Below the pieces are notes generated by a model. It was not told where the DNA came from. It saw only the letters and a list, made by a program, of their open reading frames with translations, and ran no database searches. This document shows, one piece after another, positions 1-7,409 of a stretch of 64,000 nucleotides of DNA. How positions within the stretch are numbered: the first letter of the stretch is position 1; each line of letters starts with the position of its first letter. Origin of the DNA: Clostridia bacterium (lineage in GTDB: Bacteria; Bacillota; Clostridia; Oscillospirales; CAG-272); NCBI GenBank assembly GCA_017504405.1, contig JAFVRG010000001.1:7586-71585 (forward strand), read 5' to 3'. The translations under genes were made by a program, and so were the position numbers.

Positions 1-742
1 CTCCAAACGCAAATATAGGAATAAAAACAACCGTTATAACAGTCAGAATCCAGCTCGTCGATACCATAAAGGCAAACGTGCCGAGAATTGTAATAACGCT
101 GTTAATTATAGAGGTAAGGGAGTTGTTGAGCATAATATCGATATTGTCAACGTCGTTGGTATATCGGCTCATAAGCTCGCCTGTGGGGTGTGAATCAAAA
201 TAACGCACAGGGAGCTTTTGCATCTTTATAAACAAATCGTTTCTGATTTTTTCGACAGCGCCCTGCGAAACGCCGAGCATTATTCTGCTCTGCACGTATG
301 CCGTGATTACTCCCACTGCATAAATTGCGCCGAGCAGGATAATTGCGGATAACACATACGTCAGAACAGCATTTTCTACTATGCCTAAAAGCGGGTCGGT
401 AAAATTGCTGATAAGTCGGTCTGCCGCACGCTCCAGCGCACTCATTTCTATATTTGCATCGGGCTTTATCGCCAGCGTGAGCCTGTTTATAATAGGCGCA
501 AGCATATACGAGCCCAAGAGCGATGCAACGGTATTTGCCAGCATACATATAAGAACAAAAATTATTCTGCCCTTATAAGGGGAGATATAGGAGAGCATAC
601 GTCCGACGGTTTTTTTCATATTTTTAGGCTTACCGCCGCCGACAATTCCGCCGCCTCTGCCGCCCGGGCCACGCCTTACCATTGCGCCCTTGTGCGAGGT
701 GCTGTTATACTGACGCCTTAGCTGTTCGAGATTCCTTGCCAT
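1..742 (-). CDS. ABC exporter permease/ATPase subunit, 5' part only (gene continues past the window start)
   Basis: Absent from the ORF track because it runs off the window. The minus-strand ATG at 742..740 overlaps the TAA of the upstream ABC gene (TAATG). My translation is MARNLEQLRRQYNSTSHKGAMVRRGPGGRGGGIVGGGKPKNMKKTVGRMLSYISPYKGRIIFVLICMLANTVASLLGSYMLAPIINRL..., stop-free to position 1. It has a Gly/Arg-rich N-terminal extension followed by hydrophobic helices typical of a type-I ABC exporter membrane domain. Confidence 0.75.
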   Translation of the reverse strand, partial: MARNLEQLRRQYNSTSHKGAMVRRGPGGRGGGIVGGGKPKNMKKTVGRMLSYISPYKGRIIFVLICMLANTVASLLGSYMLAPIINRLTLAIKPDANIEMSALERAADRLISNFTDPLLGIVENAVLTYVLSAIILLGAIYAVGVITAYVQSRIMLGVSQGAVEKIRNDLFIKMQKLPVRYFDSHPTGELMSRYTNDVDNIDIMLNNSLTSIINSVITILGTFAFMVSTSWILTVITVVFIPIFAFG

Positions 743-2478
743 TACTTATCACCCTCCTTTTCCATCTGAGAGTAATAAATCTCGCCGTATTCGGCGTTAT
801 CCCGCATAAGCTCGTCGTGCGTACCCACGCCTGTAATTCTGCCCTCGTCCATAACTATTATCATATCCGAGTCCTTCACCGAGCTTATCCTCTGCGCGAT
901 TATTATCTTTGTGCAGTCGGACAGCTCATTCGCAAACGCCTTGCGTATTTCTGCCTCGGTTGCGGTGTCAACTGCGCTCGTCGAGTCGTCAAGAATTATT
1001 ATTTTCGGGCGTTTGAGCAGAGCACGGGCAATACATAGCCTTTGGCGCTGACCGCCCGACACGTTTGCGCCGCCCTTTTCTATCATACTGTCATAGCCGT
1101 CCCTAAACGAGGTGATAAATCCGTGCGCCTGCGCATTTTTTGCGGCGGCTTGCATTTCGCCCTCGCTTGCATTTATATCGCCCCAACGCAAATTTTCCGC
1201 AACGCTGCCCGAAAACAGCGTATTCTTCTGGAGCACCATGCTTATACCCTCCCTAAGATTGAAAAGGGAATAGTCCTTTACGTTTACGCCGTCAACGAGC
1301 ACCTCGCCGCCGCTCGCCTCGTAAAGGCGGGGTATGAGAGAAACGAGAGTGGTTTTACCCGAGCCGGTAGAGCCTATAATGCCGACGGTAGAGCCTGCCG
1401 CTATTTTGAGATTTATGTCCGACAGCACCTCGTCGTGACTGCTTTTAAAGTAGCGGAAGGACACGTCACGGAATTCAATTTCACCCTTGGCAACGCACAA
1501 ATCCTTTTGCTGTGCGTTTTCATCGGATATGTCGGGCTCCTCCTGCAAAACCTCCTTAATTCTTCTTGCCGATGCGATAGCACGTGCGGAGAACATAAGA
1601 AGGAAGGTTATCATCATAAGCGACATCAGTATCTGGTTAACGTAGGTGATAAACGCAGACAAATCGCCTATCTGCATACCGCCCTCGATAACTATATTAC
1701 CGCCAAGCCAGACAACCGCAAGAGTGGTTATATTCATAAAGAGCGTAAGAACAGGCTGCATGAATATCATAATTCTCATAGCCGCCATACCGCTTTCCTT
1801 AAGCTCGCTGTTTGCGGTTTTGAATTTCTTTTCCTCTAAATCCTCACGCACAAAGCTCTTTACAACACGTATGTTCGTAATGTTTTCTCCGACAGCGGAG
1901 TTGAGGTTGTCTATCTTTTTCTGCCTTTTTGAAAATCTGCCGAAGCCGATAAAGATTATCGAGCCTATAACCAAAAACAGCATAGGAACGGTTACCGCAA
2001 AAACAACAGACAGCGACGGATTGAGCGTTATAGCCATAATAAGGCCCGCAATCAGCATTCCCGGTGAGCGGAGCGCCATTCGCATCAGCATTGAGATAAA
2101 ATTCTGCACCTGCGTTACGTCGTTTGTGAGTCGGGTAACGAGCGAGCCTGTCGAGAACTTATCCACGTTTGCAAAGGAGAATTTTTGTATTCTCTTATAT
2201 GCGTCAGCACGCAAATCTGCGGCGTAGTTTACCGATGCCTTAGTCGCAAAATATGCGCCACCTATTCCTCCCGCCATCATTAAGACGGCGACGAGTATCA
2301 TAAGAAGCATTATACCAAGGCTTGTGCCAACGCTCAACGTGTCGTTGGCGGCGCCGTTTATCACGATAGCAAACAGTCGGGGCATAACCACCTCGCCTAT
2401 AACCTCAACTATCATACAAAGAGGCCCGATTATAAAAAACGGTATATACGGCTTTGCATATCTGAGCCACAGCTTCAT
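742..2478 (-). CDS. ABC transporter permease/ATP-binding protein (type-I exporter half-transporter, first gene of a two-gene pair)
   Basis: 578-aa ORF with an N-terminal 6-TM-like region. Walker A is GSTGSGKTT, the ABC signature is VSGGQRQR and Walker B is IIILDD. The SD GGAGGGGAG lies upstream of the ATG at 2478. Confidence 0.9.
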   Translation of the reverse strand: MKLWLRYAKPYIPFFIIGPLCMIVEVIGEVVMPRLFAIVINGAANDTLSVGTSLGIMLLMILVAVLMMAGGIGGAYFATKASVNYAADLRADAYKRIQKFSFANVDKFSTGSLVTRLTNDVTQVQNFISMLMRMALRSPGMLIAGLIMAITLNPSLSVVFAVTVPMLFLVIGSIIFIGFGRFSKRQKKIDNLNSAVGENITNIRVVKSFVREDLEEKKFKTANSELKESGMAAMRIMIFMQPVLTLFMNITTLAVVWLGGNIVIEGGMQIGDLSAFITYVNQILMSLMMITFLLMFSARAIASARRIKEVLQEEPDISDENAQQKDLCVAKGEIEFRDVSFRYFKSSHDEVLSDINLKIAAGSTVGIIGSTGSGKTTLVSLIPRLYEASGGEVLVDGVNVKDYSLFNLREGISMVLQKNTLFSGSVAENLRWGDINASEGEMQAAAKNAQAHGFITSFRDGYDSMIEKGGANVSGGQRQRLCIARALLKRPKIIILDDSTSAVDTATEAEIRKAFANELSDCTKIIIAQRISSVKDSDMIIVMDEGRITGVGTHDELMRDNAEYGEIYYSQMEKEGDK

Positions 2479-2549
2479 ATTCTCCCCTCCTTTATCCCTT
2501 ATTTAAAAGCGTATTTATAATTCCTTATTTTAGTAATTAACTAATTATT

Positions 2550-2577
2550 ATTATATTCCAACAAACACCGTTGTCAA
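2550..2577 (-). promoter_or_regulatory. SigA-type promoter of the ABC exporter operon
   Basis: Minus strand reads TTGACA (2577..2572), a 16-nt spacer, then TATAAT (2555..2550), about 70 nt upstream of the ATG at 2478. Confidence 0.5.
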
Positions 2578-2626
2578 GTTAATATTTTATGAATTTAAAC
2601 GACAGCATCAAAACGGCAAAAGAAAT

Positions 2627-2693
2627 AAAAAAAGAAGATAAGCCAATTGAGCAATAACTCAGTTGTCATTGAGAAATGACATCACTTATCTTC
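2627..2693 (-). ncRNA. Predicted small RNA, unit E (about 67 nt)
   Basis: -35 TTGACT (2728..2723), a 17-nt spacer ending in TGTGA, and -10 TATAAT (2705..2700). The outer stem is gaagataag/cttatcttc (2634-2642 with 2685-2693). It encloses tgtcatt-gaga-aatgaca (2664-2681) and is followed by T7 on the minus strand (2633..2627). Confidence 0.45.
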
Positions 2694-2729
2694 AATAATA
2701 TTATATCACAAAAAAACCAAGAAGTCAAT

Positions 2730-2795
2730 AAAAAATAAAGAAGAGCTGATGGATGCATATACGCATCTACTGTCATAAGACGAAATCAACTCTTC
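2730..2795 (-). ncRNA. Predicted small RNA, unit D (about 66 nt; promoter looks degenerate)
   Basis: -10 TATACT (2807..2802) is preceded by TATGA. The nearest TTGACT (2822..2817) is only 9 nt away, so this copy appears spacer-deleted. The stem 2740-2750 with 2785-2795 (one wobble) is followed by TTTATTTTTT on the minus strand. Confidence 0.3.
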
Positions 2796-2823
2796 ATTTA
2801 TAGTATATCATAAAAAAGTCAAT

Positions 2824-2890
2824 AAAAAAGTAAGGTTACAGCTGCGTGCTTTCCACTATACCTTGAAAATCAAGGCCGAAGTAACCTTAC
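2824..2890 (-). ncRNA. Predicted small RNA, unit C (about 67 nt)
   Basis: -35 TTGACT (2924..2919), a 16-nt spacer and -10 TATAAT (2902..2897). A 10-bp outer stem gtaaggttac/gtaaccttac (2830-2839 with 2881-2890) encloses ccttga-N4-tcaagg and is followed by T6 on the minus strand. Confidence 0.45.
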
Positions 2891-2925
2891 AAAAATATTA
2901 TACCGCAAAAAAACAAAAAGTCAAC

Positions 2926-2998
2926 AAAAAAATAAAGCCTAATCACGAGGATTAGGCATCGCTCAATCGAAAGATTGGCAGGTGTTCCTAACGGAACT
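2926..2998 (-). ncRNA. Predicted small RNA, unit B (about 73 nt)
   Basis: -35 TTGACT (3033..3028), a 17-nt spacer and -10 TACACT (3010..3005). Minus-strand hairpins are gttcc-gtta-ggaac and caatc-tttc-gattg. The terminator is gcctaatc-N5-gattaggc followed by TTTATTTTTTT. Confidence 0.45.
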
Positions 2999-3043
2999 GC
3001 ATATAGTGTACACCAATTAAATCAAAAAGTCAACACTTTACAT

Positions 3044-3116
3044 AAAAAAGGGTGGGCGGCTGAAATTCAGCCCCCACTTTAGATACTTTGTTGTATCTAG
3101 TGTCAAACAAGATGAC
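3044..3116 (-). ncRNA. Predicted small RNA, unit A (about 73 nt)
   Basis: -35 TTGACT (3150..3145), a 16-nt spacer ending in TGTGA, and -10 TATACT (3128..3123). Minus-strand hairpins are agtgtc-N9-gacact and agatac-N6-gtatct. The terminator is gtgggggctg-N6-cagccgcccac followed by T6. Confidence 0.5.
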
Positions 3117-3163
3117 ACTGTTAGTATATCACAAAAAACAAAAAAGTCAATGTAAAATTCAAC

Positions 3164-3302
3164 AAAAAGAAAACCGCCCTTTCGGACGGTTTTCAGCAAG
3201 TCTACCCACGAGCACTATGGCTCAAAAAACGCCGTTGTGAATTCTTGCTTGTGGCTTCCCCAACGCTAAGCCCTGCCTTACCTTGTAAAGCCGAACGGAC
3301 GT
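3164..3302 (-). ncRNA. Predicted structured RNA, unit F (about 139 nt, family not recognised)
   Basis: -35 TTGACA (3337..3332), a 17-nt spacer ending in TATGT, and -10 TAAAAT (3314..3309). The body contains ggctt-N10-aagcc and a possible closing helix ctcacg/cgtggg. It ends in the terminator gaaaaccgtcc-gaaa-gggcggttttc followed by TTTTT. Confidence 0.4.
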
Positions 3303-3382
3303 GAGATTATTTTAACATAGGAGGATTAAAATGTCAAGTGTTTTTGTAAAACAAAATAAAGAAAAAGTCAATATAAAACCAA

Positions 3383-3464
3383 GAAAATGAAATAAGCGGC
3401 TGATAAACAGCCGCTTCTTCGGATATTTCTATCCGGGGTCAAAAGTGTGCTTTCGCACGATGAC
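3383..3464 (-). ncRNA. Predicted small RNA, unit G (about 82 nt)
   Basis: -35 TTGACT (3498..3493), a 16-nt spacer ending in TGTGA, and -10 TATACT (3476..3471). It has a GNRA hairpin gtgc-gaaa-gcac and a cggata-gaa-atatccg hairpin. The terminator is aagcggctg-tttat-cagccgctt followed by ATTTCATTTT. Confidence 0.45.
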
Positions 3465-3585
3465 ACGGTTAGTATATCACAAAAAATTGAAAAGTCAAGG
3501 GCTGAAAACATTATTGTTTCTTTCTCTTGTTTTTTTGCTTTCTTTATTGTATAATTATTTCATAATAGCGAAAGGGGGTATTGTT

Positions 3586-5598
3586 ATGAAAAGAAAGACT
3601 GCTCTGCCCGAGCTTTTGGCTCCTGCGGGCTCGTTTGATGCCTTGGTCGCCGCAGTAAATGCGGGGGCTGATGCCGTATATTTTGGCGGCAGTGCCTTCA
3701 ATGCCCGTGCTTTCGCCAAAAACCTCGGCGTTGACGAGCTTTCGTCCGCCCTCGCCTACGCCCATATTCACGGGGTTAAGGCATATATTACCCTCAACAC
3801 GCTGATTTTTGACAAAGAGGCAGAGGATTTTATCAATTACGCAAAATTTATTGCCAATATAGGCGTTGATGCGGCAATCGTTGCGGATATGGGCGCCGTT
3901 TCGCTTCTGAGAAAATACGTGCCCGAGCTTGCCCTGCACGGCAGCACGCAAATGTCGGCGCACAGCGCTGACGGCGTAAACGAGCTTGCCACCCTCGGTC
4001 TTGACAGGGTGGTACTCGCCCGTGAGCTGTCACTTGAAAACATAAGGCTCTCAACCGAGCGCTCGGCTGCCGAAACCGAGATGTTCATTCACGGCGCTCT
4101 GTGCGTTTCACATTCGGGACAGTGCCTCTTTTCCTCGGTCGTCGGAGGACGTAGCGGAAACCGAGGAGAGTGCGCTCAGGCGTGCCGTTTGCCCTACAAC
4201 GGAAAATATCCGCTCAGCCTGCGTGATTTGTCACTATCCGACCACATAACCGAAATAATCGACAGCGGCGTTTCCTCACTCAAAATCGAGGGAAGAATGA
4301 AATCCCCCGAATACGTATACGGTGTTACCGAGATATACCGCCGCCTGCTCGACGAAAAAAGGAACGCAACAGGGGCAGAAAATCTGCGCCTTGCGGAAAT
4401 CTTTTCTCGCAGCGGCTTTACCGACGTATATTTCTGCGCAAAGCATACAGCACCTATGACGGGAGTTCGCACCGAGGACGAAAAGCGTATAAGCGGCTCG
4501 CTGTCGATAGCCGACACGGAGCAAAGGCGTGTGCCTATAACGGCAAAGGCGTATTTTTCAGAGGGCGAGCCCTCACGCCTCTCGCTTTCGCTCGGAGATA
4601 AGTCCGTGACCGTGACGGGAGACGCCCCGCAGGCGGCGCAAAATGCGCCCTTAACACACGGTGCCTTGTCAGAGCGGCTTGCAAAAACAGGCAACACCCC
4701 CTTTGTTCTTGACAAAAACGGTATAGAAATTACTCTTAACGGCAATATAAACCTCGCTCCCTCGCAGATAAATGCGCTTCGCCGCAGGGCAACCGATGCC
4801 CTGACGGAGCTGTTCTCGCCAAAGCCTGCCGAGGCTGAGAGGATAGCTGTACAGCGTATAAAATCCACTGACGTACCCTCATTTCGCTCCGCCCTGTTTT
4901 TCAACGTCGAGGTGTTTAACGGCATAAGAGGCAAGGGTTTCTTTGATTTCACATTCATTCCTCTTTTTGAGCTTGAAAATGCAAAAGAAATACCGAGCGG
5001 CGTATATATACCCCCCGTAGTGACGGATAGCGAGAGGGCTACCGTCCTCTCGGAAATGAAAAAGGCAAGGGCGGCGGGCGTCGTTTATGCCCTGTGCGGT
5101 AATATAGGGCATTTTGCCCTCGCACGTGAGTCGGGCTTGAAAATATTCGGTGATTTCCGCCTCAATATAACAAACACGCAGAGCGCAGAGCTTTACCGCT
5201 CGCTTGGCGCTGAGCATTTGATTCTCTCCCCCGAGCTGTCGCTCCCGCAATTGCGTGATATAGGCTCTGGCGCAGCCATCACCTACGGCAGAATACCCCT
5301 TATGCTCCTTGAGCGTTGCTTTATGCGTGAAAACGGCGGCTGTGACCGCTGCGGAAGGATAGAATTTACCGACAGAATGGGCGTTAAATTCCCACTTATC
5401 CGTGAATACCCCCATAGAAATATCCTTTTGAACAGCAAAATTACCTATATGGGGGACAGGCGTGATGCGCTCAAAAAATACGGTGTTTCGGGCGAGCATT
5501 TCATTTTCACAACCGAAAACGTCCGCACGGCAGAGAGCGCAGTTGAAAGCTATAAAAACGGCGAGCCGATTGACGGCGTAAGGAGGATAAAGCAATGA
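3586..5598 (+). CDS. Peptidase U32 family protein (long fused YhbU/YhbV-type form)
   Basis: ORF-track frame 3445..5598 trimmed to the ATG at 3586, which has a GAAAGGGGG SD. The N-terminus MKRKTALPELLAPAGSFDALVAAVNAGADAVYFGG and the Cys-rich segment GALCVSHSGQCLFSS...ECAQACR are characteristic of U32. A TTGTTT-N17-TGTATAAT promoter lies just upstream. Confidence 0.85.
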   Translation: MKRKTALPELLAPAGSFDALVAAVNAGADAVYFGGSAFNARAFAKNLGVDELSSALAYAHIHGVKAYITLNTLIFDKEAEDFINYAKFIANIGVDAAIVADMGAVSLLRKYVPELALHGSTQMSAHSADGVNELATLGLDRVVLARELSLENIRLSTERSAAETEMFIHGALCVSHSGQCLFSSVVGGRSGNRGECAQACRLPYNGKYPLSLRDLSLSDHITEIIDSGVSSLKIEGRMKSPEYVYGVTEIYRRLLDEKRNATGAENLRLAEIFSRSGFTDVYFCAKHTAPMTGVRTEDEKRISGSLSIADTEQRRVPITAKAYFSEGEPSRLSLSLGDKSVTVTGDAPQAAQNAPLTHGALSERLAKTGNTPFVLDKNGIEITLNGNINLAPSQINALRRRATDALTELFSPKPAEAERIAVQRIKSTDVPSFRSALFFNVEVFNGIRGKGFFDFTFIPLFELENAKEIPSGVYIPPVVTDSERATVLSEMKKARAAGVVYALCGNIGHFALARESGLKIFGDFRLNITNTQSAELYRSLGAEHLILSPELSLPQLRDIGSGAAITYGRIPLMLLERCFMRENGGCDRCGRIEFTDRMGVKFPLIREYPHRNILLNSKITYMGDRRDALKKYGVSGEHFIFTTENVRTAESAVESYKNGEPIDGVRRIKQ

Positions 5599-6161
5599 TA
5601 GTTCTGGCATCAAAATCCCCTCGCAGGCGTGAGCTGCTCACGGCACTCGGCTACGATTTCACAATACACACAAAGGAAACCGACGAGAGCCTGCCCGCAG
5701 GGATACACCCAAAGGAAGGTGTTGAAATACTCTCGGTAAGGAAAGCTATGGCGGTCCTCTGCGATTTTTGTGACAGCGACTACATAATAGCGAGCGACAC
5801 CCTCGTCGAAATAGACGGAGAGCCACTCGGAAAGCCGATTGACGAGGCAGATGCGGTCAGAATGCTGATGCGCCTGTCGGGAAATCCCCACAGGGTACAC
5901 AGCGGCGTTGCCGTACTGCACAACGGAAAAATTTACAGCGGAAGCGATACCAGCACGGTAATTTTCCGTCCCTTTGACGAAAGCGAGGCGCACGCCTACG
6001 TAAAAACAGGCGAGCCGATGGACAAGGCGGGCGCATACGGCATACAGGGCTTAGGCGGCAGATTGGTTGATAAGGTAGAGGGCGAGATAGACACGATAGT
6101 GGGTCTACCGTGCAAGCTTTTAAAAAAACTTATGGCGGAAGCAGAAAATGAAAAAGAGTGA
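5595..6161 (+). CDS. maf: Maf-like nucleoside triphosphate pyrophosphatase / septum formation protein
   Basis: 188 aa. The N-terminus MIVLASKSPRRRELL and the later KAGAYGIQG motif are typical of Maf/YhdE. It has an ATGA overlap with the upstream gene. Confidence 0.9.
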   Translation: MIVLASKSPRRRELLTALGYDFTIHTKETDESLPAGIHPKEGVEILSVRKAMAVLCDFCDSDYIIASDTLVEIDGEPLGKPIDEADAVRMLMRLSGNPHRVHSGVAVLHNGKIYSGSDTSTVIFRPFDESEAHAYVKTGEPMDKAGAYGIQGLGGRLVDKVEGEIDTIVGLPCKLLKKLMAEAENEKE

Positions 6162-6816
6162 AAAGAAATTGCGCATGGCGAAAACAGTCGCTGCGCTCAA
6201 GGAGATATACCCCGACCCCACCTGCGCCCTTGAATACGGAGGCGACCCGTGGAAGCTGCTCGTTATGGGCAGGCTGTCTGCCCAATGCACCGATGCACGG
6301 GTAAACGAGGTATGTAAATATTTGTTTACACTGTATCCGACGGCAGAAAAGATGATGAATGCCGACATAAACGAGCTTGAAGAGGCGGTGAAGCCCTGCG
6401 GCCTTTTCCGCATGAAGGCAAAGGATTTAAAGGAGTCGAGCCGTATGCTCTGTGAGGAATATTCGGGTATTCTGCCCGACACGATGGAGGAGCTTTTACG
6501 CTTTTCGGGTGTGGGCAGAAAAATCGCAAATCTTCTGCTCGGAGATATATACAAAAAGCCTGCGATAGTCACCGACACTCACTGCATACGCATATGCGGA
6601 CGGCTCGGCTTTTATCCCGAAAAAGAAAAGACCCCCTATAAAATAGAGCGTATTCTCTCAGAGATAACCGAGCCCTGTGAGCAGTCGGATTTTTGCCACC
6701 GCCTTGTGTGGTTCGGACGGGATATATGTACGGCTCGCTCGCCAAAATGCGAGACCTGCCCCCTTAACGGAAAGGGGCTGTGCGATAGCGCAAAACGCAG
6801 GGGGATAGGCAGGTAA
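6148..6816 (+). CDS. nth: Endonuclease III (HhH-GPD DNA glycosylase with [4Fe-4S] loop)
   Basis: Helix-hairpin-helix LLRFSGVGRKIANLLLG and a C-terminal four-Cys cluster CTARSPKCETCPLNGKGLC. Confidence 0.85.
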   Translation: MKKSEKKLRMAKTVAALKEIYPDPTCALEYGGDPWKLLVMGRLSAQCTDARVNEVCKYLFTLYPTAEKMMNADINELEEAVKPCGLFRMKAKDLKESSRMLCEEYSGILPDTMEELLRFSGVGRKIANLLLGDIYKKPAIVTDTHCIRICGRLGFYPEKEKTPYKIERILSEITEPCEQSDFCHRLVWFGRDICTARSPKCETCPLNGKGLCDSAKRRGIGR

Positions 6817-7409
6817 TGGAGAAAATAAAAATTTCCTTGCCCGTTATCGTTGAGGGCAAATACGACAAAAACACGCTTCTCTCCGTCATAGATGCGACGG
6901 TTATAACCACAGGCGGATTTTCGGTTTTCAACAACCGTGAGCTGCGCTCGCTGATAAAACGGTTAGCCGAAAGGGATAAAATAATACTTTTAACCGACTC
7001 TGACGGCGGCGGCATACAAATCCGCTCGTTTATCGAGGGAATTGTTCCCCGCGACAGGATAATCAACCTCTATATTCCAAAGGTTGCGGGAAAGGAAAGG
7101 CGTAAAAAAACTGCGGGCAAGGCAGGACTGCTCGGTGTCGAGGGAATTGATGCCGATACCTTGCGTAAAATTTTTGAGCCGTTGGCAGACGGGAACGGAC
7201 AAAAGCCGAAATTTTTGAGCAAAACTAAATTTTTCGAGGACGGCTTCAGCGGCGGAAGTGACAGCTCTGCGAGGCGTGAGGCGTTGGCAAGAGCCTACTC
7301 TCTGCCCCACGACATGAGCTCAAATGCGCTGATTGAGGCAATAAACCTCATATCCGACCCCATAGAATACGAGCAAATAAAGGAGAAAATGAAAAATGAC
7401 AAGGGATAG
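6816..7409 (+). CDS. Toprim-domain protein (RNase M5 / DUF4093-like)
   Basis: 197 aa. LPVIVEGKYDKNTL ... IILLTDSDGGGIQIRSFI matches the Toprim pattern of an acidic E followed by DxD. Confidence 0.5.
   Translation: MEKIKISLPVIVEGKYDKNTLLSVIDATVITTGGFSVFNNRELRSLIKRLAERDKIILLTDSDGGGIQIRSFIEGIVPRDRIINLYIPKVAGKERRKKTAGKAGLLGVEGIDADTLRKIFEPLADGNGQKPKFLSKTKFFEDGFSGGSDSSARREALARAYSLPHDMSSNALIEAINLISDPIEYEQIKEKMKNDKG

Larger units (their letters stand above)
2627..3498 (-). repeat. Array of seven head-to-tail promoter / short structured RNA / terminator cassettes (units E, D, C, B, A, F, G from low to high coordinate)
   Basis: The repeated box, read on the minus strand, is TTGACTTTTT-N-TTTTTTGTGATATACT. 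Plus-strand agtcaa/tgtcaa hexamers sit at 2723, 2817, 2919, 3028, 3145, 3332 and 3493. Each box is followed by hairpins and then a GC-rich stem plus T-run. There is no ORF over 60 aa and no SD-led ORF on the minus strand. Confidence 0.6.

Noticed and set aside
1042-2227. Plus-strand ORFs 1042-1839 and 1646-2227, and similar antisense ORFs at 4194-4958, 4879-5613, 34619-35353, 40642-41505, 45067-46004 and 47089-47715.
   Set aside because: All are antisense or out of frame within genes that carry clear family motifs (ABC, U32, surface protein, PucR, GH2, GH36). None has an SD or a recognisable domain.
2802-2822. Unit D promoter counted as equivalent to the other six.
   Set aside because: The TTGACT and TATACT hexamers are separated by only 9 nt, against 16-17 nt in the other units. 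It looks like a copy that lost 7-8 nt of spacer. It is kept only as a weak, possibly -35-independent candidate.
3164-3302. Unit F as SRP (4.5S) RNA, 6S RNA or a riboswitch.
   Set aside because: It has no helix-8 GGAA-tetraloop/AGCAGCC motif, so it is not SRP RNA. It is too short for 6S RNA and lacks the central bubble architecture. It ends in its own terminator with no downstream ORF attached, so it is not a cis-acting riboswitch. This was judged by eye only.
2627-3498. Possible CRISPR array or ToxI-like repeat array, because of the regularly spaced conserved boxes.
   Set aside because: The repeats are imperfect and about 30 nt long. They are spaced 90-190 nt apart rather than 28-40 nt and are not palindromic CRISPR repeats. 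No cas or toxN-like gene is nearby. Each box reads as a complete -35/-16/-10 promoter followed by a terminator.
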